From: Octopus vulgaris
Lineage: Eukaryota
Assembly (NCBI GenBank): GCA_951406725.2
Contig: OX597832.1
Coordinates: 56,730,001-56,794,000 of the forward strand
Reading direction: 5' to 3'
DNA: 64,000 nt
The notes beneath the pieces are model-generated. The model was not told the origin of the DNA. It ran no database searches and saw only the letters and a list, made by a program, of their open reading frames with translations. A program made the translations under genes and the position numbers. Below, piece by piece: positions 52,250 to 64,000 of the stretch. Position 1 is the first letter of the stretch. Each line of letters starts with the position of its first letter.

Positions 52250-52815
52250 GTCGGTGAGCTGGCAGAATCGTTAGCACGCCAGGTGAAATGCTTAGCGATA
52301 TTTCGTCTGTCTTTACATTCTGAGTTCAAATTCCGCCGAGGTCAACTTTGCCTTTTATCCCTTTTGGGGTCGATAAATTAAGTACTAGTTGCATACTGGG
52401 GTCGATATAATCGACTTAATCCCTTTGTCTGTCCTTGTTTGTCCACTCTATGTTTAGCCCCTTGTGGGTAGTAAAGACATAGATATAGGTATTTCGTCTG
52501 TCTTTACATTCTGAGTTCAAATTCCGCCAAGGTCAATTAAATAAGTACCAGTTACGCACTAGGGTTGAGGTAATCGACTTAATCCATTTGTCCATGCTTG
52601 TTTGTCCCCTCTGTGTGTAGCCCCATGTGGGCAGTAAAGAAATAGGTCTTTCATCAGTCTTTACATTCTGAGTTCAAATTCCGCCGAGGCCAACTTTGCC
52701 TTTTATCCCTTTCGGGGTCAATAAATTAAGTACCAGTTGTGTACTGGAGTTGATCTAATAGACTGGGCCCCTCCCCCAAAATTTCGGGCCTTGTTCCAAG
52801 ACTAGAAAAGAATAT
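52250..52815 (+). mobile_element. SINE-B trimer (tail 1, tail 1, tail 2)
   Basis: Junctions ATA|GGTATTTCGTC (~52488) and GAAATA|GGTCTTTCATC (~52646). Confidence 0.88.
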
Positions 52816-53057
52816 ATTCACATGACTAAGAAATGCTTGCGAAGAATATTGGAAATGAATGACATTTATCTACAGACAATCACACAATGGAGATGCAAAC
52901 ATACACACGTATGGCAGGCTGTTTTTCAATCCACTTTGGCCAGCCCAGGGCTATATTAGAAGACACTTGCCTAAGGTGCCATGCATTGAGACTGAACCTG
53001 GAACCATGTGGTTGAGAAGAAAGCTTCTTAACCATACAACTATATTTGCACCTCAGG

Positions 53058-53095
<38 letters not shown>

Positions 53096-53166
53096 TCAAT
53101 GTATATGTGTATATATACATATGTATTTTTATATCAATAAGTATATGTAACATATGTATATATAAA

Positions 53167-53210
<44 letters not shown>

Positions 53211-53274
53211 CATACATATATATGTATATACATGTATGTATATATATATATAAATGTATATATATATATGTATG

Positions 53275-53305
<31 letters not shown>

Positions 53306-53949
53306 ATTCACTATGCACACATAAACACATAGCCAGAATGCTTTTGATCATAGATTCGCACAAGAGGTTGGCCTAAACAATAAACTGTCTTTGGGAAAAC
53401 CATGAACATCACGAGTTATTTCTATACCCTCCTCGAGCTAATAAACATTGATCTTCCATTGATAAGTATCTCTAATCACAAAAGATCAACCAATTGATTC
53501 TATTTACTATCGATTGTATTGATGTGTGGTGATATATTTATATAGTTTGTACATAATATAACAACATTTATCATTGGAAGTATCAGAGACCATAGAAGGA
53601 AGAACATAAATTCATTTGGAAGAAACTGAAATGGCAACAAATATAGAATGTACAGACAGCCAATGTTACCATTTTTGATACTATTCAGGTTTTTCATTTA
53701 TTTTTGCCAGCCAACGCTAATAATGGTTTCAAATTTTGGCACAAGGCTACTACGTTCTGGGGAGGGAGTAAGTTAATTAAATTGACCTCTTATTTTATTG
53801 ACTTTGAGAAAATGAAAGGCATAGTTCACCTTGGCAGAATTTGAATTCAGAAGGTTAGGATGGACAAAATGCTGCTGAGCATTTTGCCCCATCGTGCTAA
53901 TGATTCTACTAGTTTGCCAACTTAGTAAAAATAATGATTATTATAATTA

Positions 53950-54497
53950 TCATTATTGAGTGAGAGAGCAGTGCATGCCATCAAAGTGACACTGGGGTAA
54001 AATATACGAAGCCCAGTATGCACATCATGACTACCCATCTGATAAGGGTACACTAGGTACATGCATCACAACCATATGTACATGACATGGTGTTCTCATA
54101 TCAAGATAAACAGCACATGACCTTGCAGGTGGGCCCAGTTAGAATTTTCTTCTGGTCCAGTAGCCTATCCCGCTCAGAAGGTCCCTGAATAAAGATTGTT
54201 TAAGGATGTTGAATGAAACACCCATGTTTCCAGAGGTGAATGATCCAAACCTCTAAGAATTCCTTTCAACACACAGCAATGATGCTCCTCCACTACTTCT
54301 GCTTGTGATCAGAGATGCACATATCTAAGGGATATGGTCAACTGGTTAAGGTCAGACAACTGACAAGCAAATCTGTGGTATTGAGCAGAATATTTGCTGT
54401 AGCCCATCTTTTATACCAAGACAAAACATTGTACATGATAACACTTCCAGTCAGTTAAGATCAGAAGCCATGAAAGCCACTTCCTTGTACTGCAACA
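53950..54497 (-). mobile_element. ~550 bp non-coding retroposon-like repeat ending in a TAA-rich tail
   Basis: Reverse strand ends CTCTCTCACTCAATAATGATAAT; 5' part shared with 16645-16780. Confidence 0.7.
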
Positions 54498-54620
54498 GTT
54501 TGATTTGGCTCTATGCAAACTTATAGAAACCAAGTTTGTCAGAAACTGAGCTCAATAAACTAGGTTTCTGTAAAATGTCTATGAAAACTTTTAATTTGCA
54601 TGGGACCAAATCAAATTGTT
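54494..54620. mobile_element. Palindromic MITE with nested inverted repeats
   Basis: AACAGTTTGATTTGGCTCTATGCAAA / TTTGCATGGGACCAAATCAAATTGTT; inner TAGAAACCAAGTTT / AAACTAGGTTTCTG. Confidence 0.75.
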
Positions 54621-55631
54621 TTAAATAATCCTTTTGACTACGGGTATGAGGCCTAAGATTTTTAGGGTGGGGAATAGTTGATTACATTGACCCCAATATT
54701 TCACTGGTACCTAATTTGCCAATTCCTAAAGGATGAAAGACGAAGTTAAAATCAGAACCTAGAACCATATGGCTGAGAAGCAAACTCCATACTGCACAGC
54801 CACACAAACACCCCACCACCACTACCACCACCACAGCCCTCTGCAGATCATTTTGAAAGGACACACATCTACAAAACAACAGCGTAATTATTACATCAAT
54901 ATGTTGATTTTATGGTGGAAAACCCTGTGAAGTCACCGGTAAGTAATAAACAGATTTATCAGTCATATGATATTTGGGTTAACACAATAATACACTTTTA
55001 TATCCTAAATACTCATTATTAATCAAACACAGAATTAATTACAACTTCTCTAATGTTTAACTTTATTTGATATTATTATTAGTTTATATAGAGTGCAGTG
55101 AAATAATCACGGTACCAGCTTAAACAAGGTGTCTCCTTGCCAATCTACAATAATTCTCCTCATTTTCCTCCTTCTCTACAAATAATTATTATCAATTATT
55201 ATTATTACTATGGCACACAAAGGTGGTGAGCTCGCAGAATCATTAGCATGTTGGGCGAAAGAAGGCGACAGGCTGGCAGAATTGTAAGGATGCCGAGCAA
55301 AAGAAGGGGGTGAGCTGGCAGAATTATTAGCATGCTGAGCAAAAGAAGCTGAATCCATCCATCCATCCTCATTTATCATGATTGTTAGGGTCCAAAACAA
55401 CACCATGTTAAATGAATCAATGATAAATGAATAACAGAAGATAAGGGGGGAAAACAGGCTTCGTTCTGAGACCCCCAAGTTGTTCTGAGTATTGTGGAAG
55501 TCGGTGGGGTATGTTCTTGTGATAAAAGAGGAATCTTTGGTTGATCACAGATTTGTGTTATCAAGGATCAGTTCTGTGACAATCATAAGATGATTCACAA
55601 TGTGCGTATCATTATTCCAGATCAGTGTTAA

Positions 55632-56300
55632 CCCTCTTAAGACACCCGGGTCAATTAGTTGGTTCGGGTGATACAAGCTGGAAGGATTTTGAGGTCAAAC
55701 CACAGGCCGATGAAAGGAACATTTTGAAGTGTAATTAGCCAATGAGAGATCATCTTTCATCATCATCGTTTAACATCTGTTGTCCATGTTGGCATGGGTT
55801 GGACGGTTTGGCCGGGCCGGCACGCTGGAAGGCTGCACCAAACTCCAGTCTGATTTGGCATGGTTTTCTACAGCTGGATGCCCTTCCTAACGCCAACCAC
55901 TCCGAGACCATAATGGGTGATTCTATATGTCACTGGCATGTGTGCCATTTATCTGACACCAGTATCTGCCATGATTGATTTTACTCAGCTTGATGGGTCT
56001 TCGTCTCAAGCACAACATAATGCCAAAAGTTTTGGTCATTGCCTCTGTGAGGCTCAACACTCGAAGGGAGCTCAGCCACTTTGCCTCCATGAGGCCCAAC
56101 ACTTGAAAGGAACTCAGCCACCTCACCTCCATGAGTAAATATAAAGGCTGTGTGGTAGGTAGCTTGCTTACCAAACCACATGGTTCCGGGTTCAGTCCCA
56201 CTGCGTGGCATCTTGAGCAAGTGTCTTCTGCTATTGCCTCGGGCCGACCAATGCCATGTGAGTGGATTTGGTAGACGGAAACTGAAAGAAGCCTGTCGTA

Positions 56301-56345
<45 letters not shown>

Positions 56346-56695
56346 GTGTGTGTATATGTCTGTGTTTGTCCCCCTAGCATTGCTTGACAACCGATGCTGG
56401 TGTGTTTACATCCCCGGCAAAAGAGACCGATAGAATAAGTACTGGGCTTACAAAGAATAAGTCCCGGGGTCGATTTGCTCGACTAAAGGCAGTGCTCCAG
56501 CATGGCCGCAGTCAAATGACTGAAACAAGTAAATGAGTAAAAGAGTAATATAAATAACTTTACTTGCAATTAAAGTAGTTTTAGACATTTTATCTTTTTA
56601 TTTTCTTCATGCGCCCATCATGTTCAATCTCAAGAGAAAAAGACATTTCGGTCTTTTTGGTTACATATACCAAAACACCATGTGTCTCAAGAGGG
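55632..56695. mobile_element. Non-autonomous piggyBac-type element hosting a family-H copy (55757-56130, -) and a SINE-A (56146-56545, +)
   Basis: TTAA|CCCTCTTAAGACAC ... GTGTCTCAAGAGGG|TTAA. Confidence 0.75.
56146..56545 (+). mobile_element. SINE-A
   Basis: Collinear with 47516-47933, with a small internal deletion. Confidence 0.9.
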
Positions 56696-56932
56696 TTAAA
56701 CGAGGATAGATGTATGAGGATAGATGTACTGGGGTCAATGTAATGAACTAACATCCTCCCCCCGCCCACACTCCACTTGAAAATTGCAGGCTTTGTATCA
56801 GAATTTGAAACCCTGCATGTATTAAGTTCGCTCAATTTGTAATTAATGTAAGTTGAATTCTTGTTTTCTTTTTTTTTTTGCATGAATGGCTTATGTATGG
56901 AAATGCCAAATGTTTGATGAAATGTGTGTGAA

Positions 56933-56963
<31 letters not shown>

Positions 56964-58190
56964 ATTGATGCCTAACACTGCTTTCTTCCCAATGCTATGC
57001 TTAGGACAATCCTGTTAACATGTCACCTTTTGTTTTCTAATCTTGTTTGTCATCATCATCATCATTATCATCGTTGTTGTTGTTGTTATTATTATGATGA
57101 TTATTATTATTAAATCAAGTTCAATGAGTACAAATGTCTCAGATTCTGACATTTTGGCTTATTATTCTTCTCACCACCACCACTACTACCACCACCACCA
57201 CCGCCGCCGCCGCCGACACCACCACCACCACCACCACCATCATCATACTGTTATGGGTGATGGAGTGGCGGAGTCATTGGAAGGTTGGAAAGATGCCCCC
57301 CTCCCCCCCAGTATTTCTTTTGACATTTTATGTTCTGGAGTTCAACTCCTACCAAGGTCAATGTCACATTACATTCCTTCAGGGTCAAATAAAATCAAAT
57401 AAAATACTGCCTTAAGAACTACATGTGTGTATGTGCGTGTGTGTGTGGGGGGGGGGGCAGTGTCATCACCTGACCCCCTCCTCTCTGAATCACTGTCCTT
57501 TTTGCATAAATCAGAATCCAAGGGCAGTCAGCAAGAAAACTTGTTAGAATGGCGGGGGGGGGGAAATACCTTGCAGTATTTATTTTAGATTCTGAGTTCA
57601 AATCCAACTGAAGTCAGTTTTGTCTTTCATACATGATTCATTGAGATTCTTTCATCTCATCGCTCCATGTTACCGACAAATCACAAACTCTAAGTTTCTG
57701 TTCAACATGCAAAACATGAGGCAAGGCATAAACTCATTTACATAACGCTGCAAGGATTGACGAGGTGAGGTGGGCAAGGGCCAATAATTCCAAGAGAACC
57801 AATATATCATAGGTTATGAATAAATAAATGAATATCTATTTATTTATTCATAAGCCGCACAATATTGGCACCTTTGTAATTATATATACCTGTTATATTC
57901 ATCATGTATGGGAAAGTGTCAAAATATTTCTTCACGCATATATGACTTGGTTAGAGACGATATTCTACAGCAACTGTTGAAAGTCTTATTCGAAGTTAAA
58001 GAATGTAAGATGCTGAAAGGAGAAAAGAAATCGTTTCCTCTGTACCTACCTCACCTTTTCTCTCATAATTTATTCATTTTAAAAAAAAAATATATCTTTT
58101 ACTTTCTTACCTATTTATCTTGTTTCTTATCGAAGTACTTAATGATCTTTACATAACAAAAAAAAAATAATAAAAATAATAATAATGATA

Positions 58191-59175
<985 letters not shown>

Positions 59176-59190
59176 CATATATATATATTA

Positions 59191-59440
59191 TCTATTATAT
59201 AAAATCCCTTCTGTCTGTCTCTGTGGGTGTCTTTTAGGGTCTTGTGCATCCTCCATCCGATTGTGCTCAAATTTGATATGTAGATACCAATAGTATCAGG
59301 GTGTGTATAAGTCTTGAAATAATTACTAAAATCGATTCCAGGTGAGAATGTGATCAATAAAGTGAATAAAATCGTTTTTCTTTGGAATAGAAAAAAAGTC
59401 TATCTTTATTTCTTCTTTTGCTGGTGTCTCAAATTTAGGT
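59191..59440 (+). mobile_element. Probable non-autonomous Helitron/Helentron-like 5' fragment
   Basis: TCTATTATATAAAA start, a short TGTC repeat, then CCGATTGTGCTCAAATTTGATATG, resembling DINE-1/Lep1-like elements. Confidence 0.5.
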
Positions 59441-59649
59441 TAAATCAGTTTTTCTCAAAGGGGAGGCCTATGGGATGGTCAGACACCATCCATTGGACGG
59501 GGGGGGGGGGGGGGGGAGCGTTATGCTCCTATATACATACATATATATATATATGTATATATGTATGTATATATATCTATCTATCTATCTAACTATCTAT
59601 CTATCTATCTATATCTATATCTATATATGTATGTATGTATGTATTAATA

Positions 59650-59780
59650 GAAGTGTACAGTACTATATATCCATTACGACCGATCTTACCAATTGGTTTT
59701 GTGCCAGAGATTCAATGGAGTGTTTGGTAACAGTCCAATTATGTAACCCAGTGCTCATCAGAGGTAGCCATTATGGAATG
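59650..59780 (-). ncRNA. HH2 family copy 2 (hammerhead-like, G12 decayed)
   Basis: Reverse strand CCATAATGGCTACCT-CTGATGA-GCACTGGG..CTCTGGCAC-AAAAC-CAATTG-GTA-AGATCGGTCGTAATGG. Confidence 0.65.
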
Positions 59781-59799
59781 GAATATATACATATATATA

Positions 59800-60018
59800 T
59801 GTATATGTCTGTGTTTGTCCACCACCACTACCACCACTTGACAAGTAGTATTGGATTATTTACACCCCACATAACTTAGTGGATTGGCAAAAGAGACCAA
59901 TAAAATAAGTACCAGACTTGAAAAATAATAAAGTACAGGGATTGATTTATTTAACTAAATTCATCAAGGTAGTGCCCCAGCATGGCTGCAGTCCAATGAC
60001 TGAAATAAGTAAAAGATA
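59800..60018 (+). mobile_element. SINE-A 3' half, diverged
   Basis: TGTGTTTGTCC..TAACTTAG..GGCAAAAGAGACC..GTGCCCCAGCATGGCTGCAGTCCAATGACTGAAA. Confidence 0.8.
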
Positions 60019-60732
60019 GAAGGATGGTGAGAAATTGAACTGAAAGAGGTTTATTATTCAGAATGGTGTCGTTGAAATGGTGCAGGTGAAACATCAAAAG
60101 GAATGAAAATCTGATGTTGTTGCTGTTGTTGTTGTAAAAAAGAAAGGGTAAAGAAAACAATGGTAGAGGAACTGTCTAGATTTGGCTGTTATTTCTAGGA
60201 AGCAAATGTCTTACATACAGAGCTCCTCCTTAACATGGAGTTATGTGAAGTGAACCAAAGCATTGAAATGAAGCATGTAAAAGACATGACTAAAAAAATT
60301 AATGGTTAATTAAAGTATTGCATAATTAGAGACATAATTAGGAAAAAAAATTAATTAAATTTCATTGATGAATTTCAATTGAAAAGTGAAATAATGCACA
60401 CATGGCTGTGAATGAAGTGTTAGTTTGAAAAAATTGGTCAGGAAGAAAAAGAGGGGAATTCAACAGGAATATTTAGTATTTGAAAGTAAAAGGAAAATAG
60501 GGACCGGCATGGCTGTGGGGTTATGAAGCTTGGTTTGTAATCATGGCTTCAGGTTCAGTCCCTACACATGGCACTTTTGGGTAAGCATTTTCTTGCTATA
60601 ACCCTGGGCTGACTAAAGACTTGTGGAAACTGAAAGAAGCCCATTGTATATGTATGTATGTATGTATGTATATATGTATGAGAGAAAGAGAGAAAGAGAA
60701 AGAGAGATTGAGTGTGTGTGTGAGAGAGAAAT

Positions 60733-60767
<35 letters not shown>

Positions 60768-60833
60768 AATTGAGTGTGTGTGTGAGAAAGAGAGAGATTG
60801 AATGTGTGTGTGTGTGTCTGAAAGAGAGAGATT

Positions 60834-60866
<33 letters not shown>

Positions 60867-62006
60867 TGAAAGAGAGAGAGAGAGATTGAGTGTGTGTGGG
60901 TGTGGGTGTGTGAGAAAGAGAAAAATTGAGTGCGTGTGAGAGAGAGAAATTGAGTGTGTGTGTGTGTGTGTATGTGAGAAAGAAAGTGTGTTTGTGTCTC
61001 TTTGTCTTGGCATTGCATTATTTTAAATAAGTGTTGTACATTTCCAGTATTCTGCAAAAACCATATCTGGCCATGAGAAAATATTGCCTCGGTTGAAGCC
61101 AGGTAAGGATTGGCATCAGGAAAGGCATCTAGCCGTAGAAAATCTACTTCAATAAACTCTGTCCTGTCCAACTCTTGTGAGCATGGAAAAATGGACATCA
61201 AAATGATGATGATGATAGTGGCGACGGCTGCGGTGGCAATGATGACCGTGATGACAAAGATTGCGACGGTGACATCGACGGCGACAACTGTCAACCAGTA
61301 GAAAAGTGACTGCGATTATTCTGCAAGAATCTTTGAAACAATTCCCAAGATTTGGGGAGGCTTGTCGTCACCAAACCTCATGATACTATTTCTAACTAGA
61401 GTAAGCATGTAATCAATTTTGAATAATAATGTCAATGACATCAACAAAGACAGTGATAATAATAATGTATAGAATTAAAAACCTTCTATTGTGATAGGTT
61501 CAGTGATGAGGAAATGGTTGTCTGTTTAGAACGGTAGATTAATTTGGTGGTGAAGGCGGATGTACTTGTTGTTGGTCTGGCTATAAAATACAGACAATAG
61601 CAAACATCCAATCCATTAAATGAATAACTGAATTCTGCACAGATAAAAAATAAATAAATAATTTTAATTAGCTGATAAGAAATGAGGTATAAAGTCTAAA
61701 CACACAAAAAGACCTCCTCCATAGCCCATAAAAACTGACCAAAAACTGACTTTTGAAGCACATAATAGCATATTAATAACCAGGTTATAGGTGTATAACA
61801 AGAATGTTTATTTATTTATTTTTTACACTTCATGGTTTGCAAGACAATTTAAGAGGCAGCTGTCACTTGTGAATGAGTGTGGCTTGGTGGTATCTTCTAT
61901 GTTTTTGCAAACTGTTTTCAGTGCTTCTGAGCAGACATAGGAAGCCTCTTGTCTCTCCCACCCTTTCATCATAGTAGAACATCCAGGACATGCCGGGTTG
62001 GGGAGA

Positions 62007-62067
<61 letters not shown>

Positions 62068-62469
62068 ATGCCAGCATTCGGGGGGGGGGTAATTCTTTTG
62101 CAGTTGTGCAATGAAAAGTAAAGTGCCTTACTCAAGGACACACTGCACCATCCACCTTTAACAACAAGGCCACGTACCACAACAACGATGCTTTCGCCAA
62201 ATAAATCAATGGTGAATCTAATAATACAAATGTTGTTTCCATGGCTACCTTGATCCTAACCTGATGTATTGTGTATTTGGTTGGTTCAACCTGCTGCAGG
62301 GATGTTGAGCAATTGCAAAATTTAGAAATCGAACCAGGATCACTATCATCACCATCATCACCACCACCACCACCACCACCACCACCACCACCATCACCAC
62401 CACCACCACCACCACCATTTAACATCTGTTTTCCATGCTGGCATGGATCGGACAGTTTGGCATGGTTTC

Positions 62470-62637
62470 TACTCTTTTACTCGTTTCAGTCATTTGACTG
62501 CGGCCATGCTAGAGCACCGCCTTTAGTTGAGCAAATCGACCCCCAGGACTTATTCTATCGATCTCTTTTGCCGAACCACTAAGTTACAGGGACGTAAACA
62601 AACCAGCATCAGTTGTCAAGCGATGTTGTGGGGACAA

Positions 62638-62670
<33 letters not shown>

Positions 62671-62838
62671 CATTTATACGATGGGCTTCTTTCAGTTTCT
62701 GTCTGGCAAATCCACTCACAAGGCTTTGGTCGGCCTGAGGTTATAGTAGAAGACACTTGCCCAAAGTGCCACACATTGGGACTGAACCCAGAACCATGTG
62801 GTTGGTAAGCAAGTTACTTACCACACAGCCACTCCTGC
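62470..62838 (-). mobile_element. SINE-A inserted into a family-H fragment
   Basis: Host TTTGGCATGGTTTCTAC resumes as GCTGGATGCTCTTCCTAAC after the SINE. Confidence 0.88.
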
Positions 62839-62892
62839 TGGATGCTCTTCCTAACACCAAATCATCTTCAGCAATAATGTCTGGACGATTTG

Positions 62893-63120
62893 CTTTAAAG
62901 CTTAAAAATCTAAACTAGCCGTATGCAGCCCAAATATTCTACTTGTCCTATGTTGAAACTGGCCTGATCCAGCCTCTCACACCTACCCTAGAATGTCATC
63001 GTAAAAATAAACAACCACATCATCAAAATCTTGAAGTATGAGATAATGAATTATTGATCCAAAACAATGTGAATACATAAGCATTACATTTGGCAGAGGA
63101 ATCTGAATGCTAAAGGTTTA
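62893..63120. mobile_element. piggyBac-type MITE (family E)
   Basis: CCAAATATTCTACTTG..CCTCTCACACCTACCCTA..CTGAATGCTAAAGGTTTAA. Confidence 0.75.
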
Positions 63121-63434
63121 ATCTTTGTATCTTTGAGAATCAGCAAATCCAAAGATAGGGAATTCCTTACTCAATAACATAATCAGCAATCAAGAAGGGA
63201 GAGCAACATGTTTTTTTTCCTTCTTTTTTTCTTTTTTTTTTCTTTGTTGATTCTCAGATTGTGAAATATTTCTATCGTCATTCTGTTGTTGTGACATAGT
63301 ACTGTGACATAGTACAGCAAAATGCACCGTGCTGCAGATGCAGCGATAATGGAGAGGTTGACGAAAATAAGGATCAGAAGACGGGGGGGAAAAAAAAACA
63401 TTCCACCACCGCCGCCGCCAACATCACCACTACC

Positions 63435-63466
<32 letters not shown>

Positions 63467-63842
63467 CACATCGTGTGTTTAGTTTCCATGGCGAGTAGTT
63501 TTGATGTTTGAATTCATTGAACATTCCTTAATGAACTAAAATTGATTTTCTTTGGTAAGAACAAACGACAAATTAAATACAATTTATACAATGACAACAA
63601 CAATGACAACAACCACAATCCTGACAATATTAACGACAACAACAACTACAAAAATAACAACAACAGCATCGACATGTTGTAGTATCGTATTACAATTTTA
63701 ATGCAATTTGCTTTCAAATCTAATATCTAAATAATACACTCTCAAAATGAAGGACCAAACCAGGTCGAAATCTTGGGGGCTGTTGGTATGGCAATATCAG
63801 CAGCTGTTTACAGGAGTTCATTATCTCAGCATTTTATATGGC

Positions 63843-63892
<50 letters not shown>

Positions 63893-63929
63893 TAATAATA
63901 ATGATGATAATAATAATAATGATAATAAT

Positions 63930-64000
63930 CTTTTCTACTCTAGGCATAAGGCCTGAAATTTTTTTTTTTTTTGTGGGGGGCGGAGCAGTTGATTAGATTG
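63930..64000 (-). mobile_element. SINE-B tail-2 end, continuing beyond the window
   Basis: (AAT)n-CTTTTCTACTCTAGGCATAAGGCCTGAAATT. Confidence 0.7.

Noticed and set aside
54847-54944. Strong donor CCG|GTAAGT with upstream ATG (MVENPVKSP)
   Set aside because: Stops in all frames from the nearest good acceptor; no promoter evidence for a first exon

Overview
AT-rich, microsatellite-saturated animal genomic DNA with no recognisable intact protein-coding gene. Almost all ORFs in the track are translations of simple repeats or SINEs. The repeat families look like those of Octopus/coleoid cephalopods (inferred from recognising the repeats, not from a search). The window is probably intronic or intergenic. 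It contains many tRNA-derived SINEs from several modular families (labelled A-D here), RTE-type 3' tail elements (family H), and decayed LINE fragments (two CR1-group, two R4/Dong RLE-type). DNA transposon relics include Tc1/mariner and Tc2/pogo transposase fragments, piggyBac, hAT, Tigger and Tc2 MITEs, and a probable Helitron 5' end. Most notable observations: (1) three different two-copy repeat families each carry a hammerhead-ribozyme-like core, including a type I fold with a long stem II insert and a minimal A6U variant; (2) the commonest SINE shares its 3' tail with a CR1-group LINE in the same window, and the terminal stem-loop shows compensatory changes; (3) SINE-B nests into itself with long TSDs and a biased target; (4) several long fold-back structures are possible dsRNA/ADAR substrates; (5) two weak frame-preserving exon candidates (51 nt and 18 nt) lie on the + strand. 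Boundaries were read by eye and are approximate.
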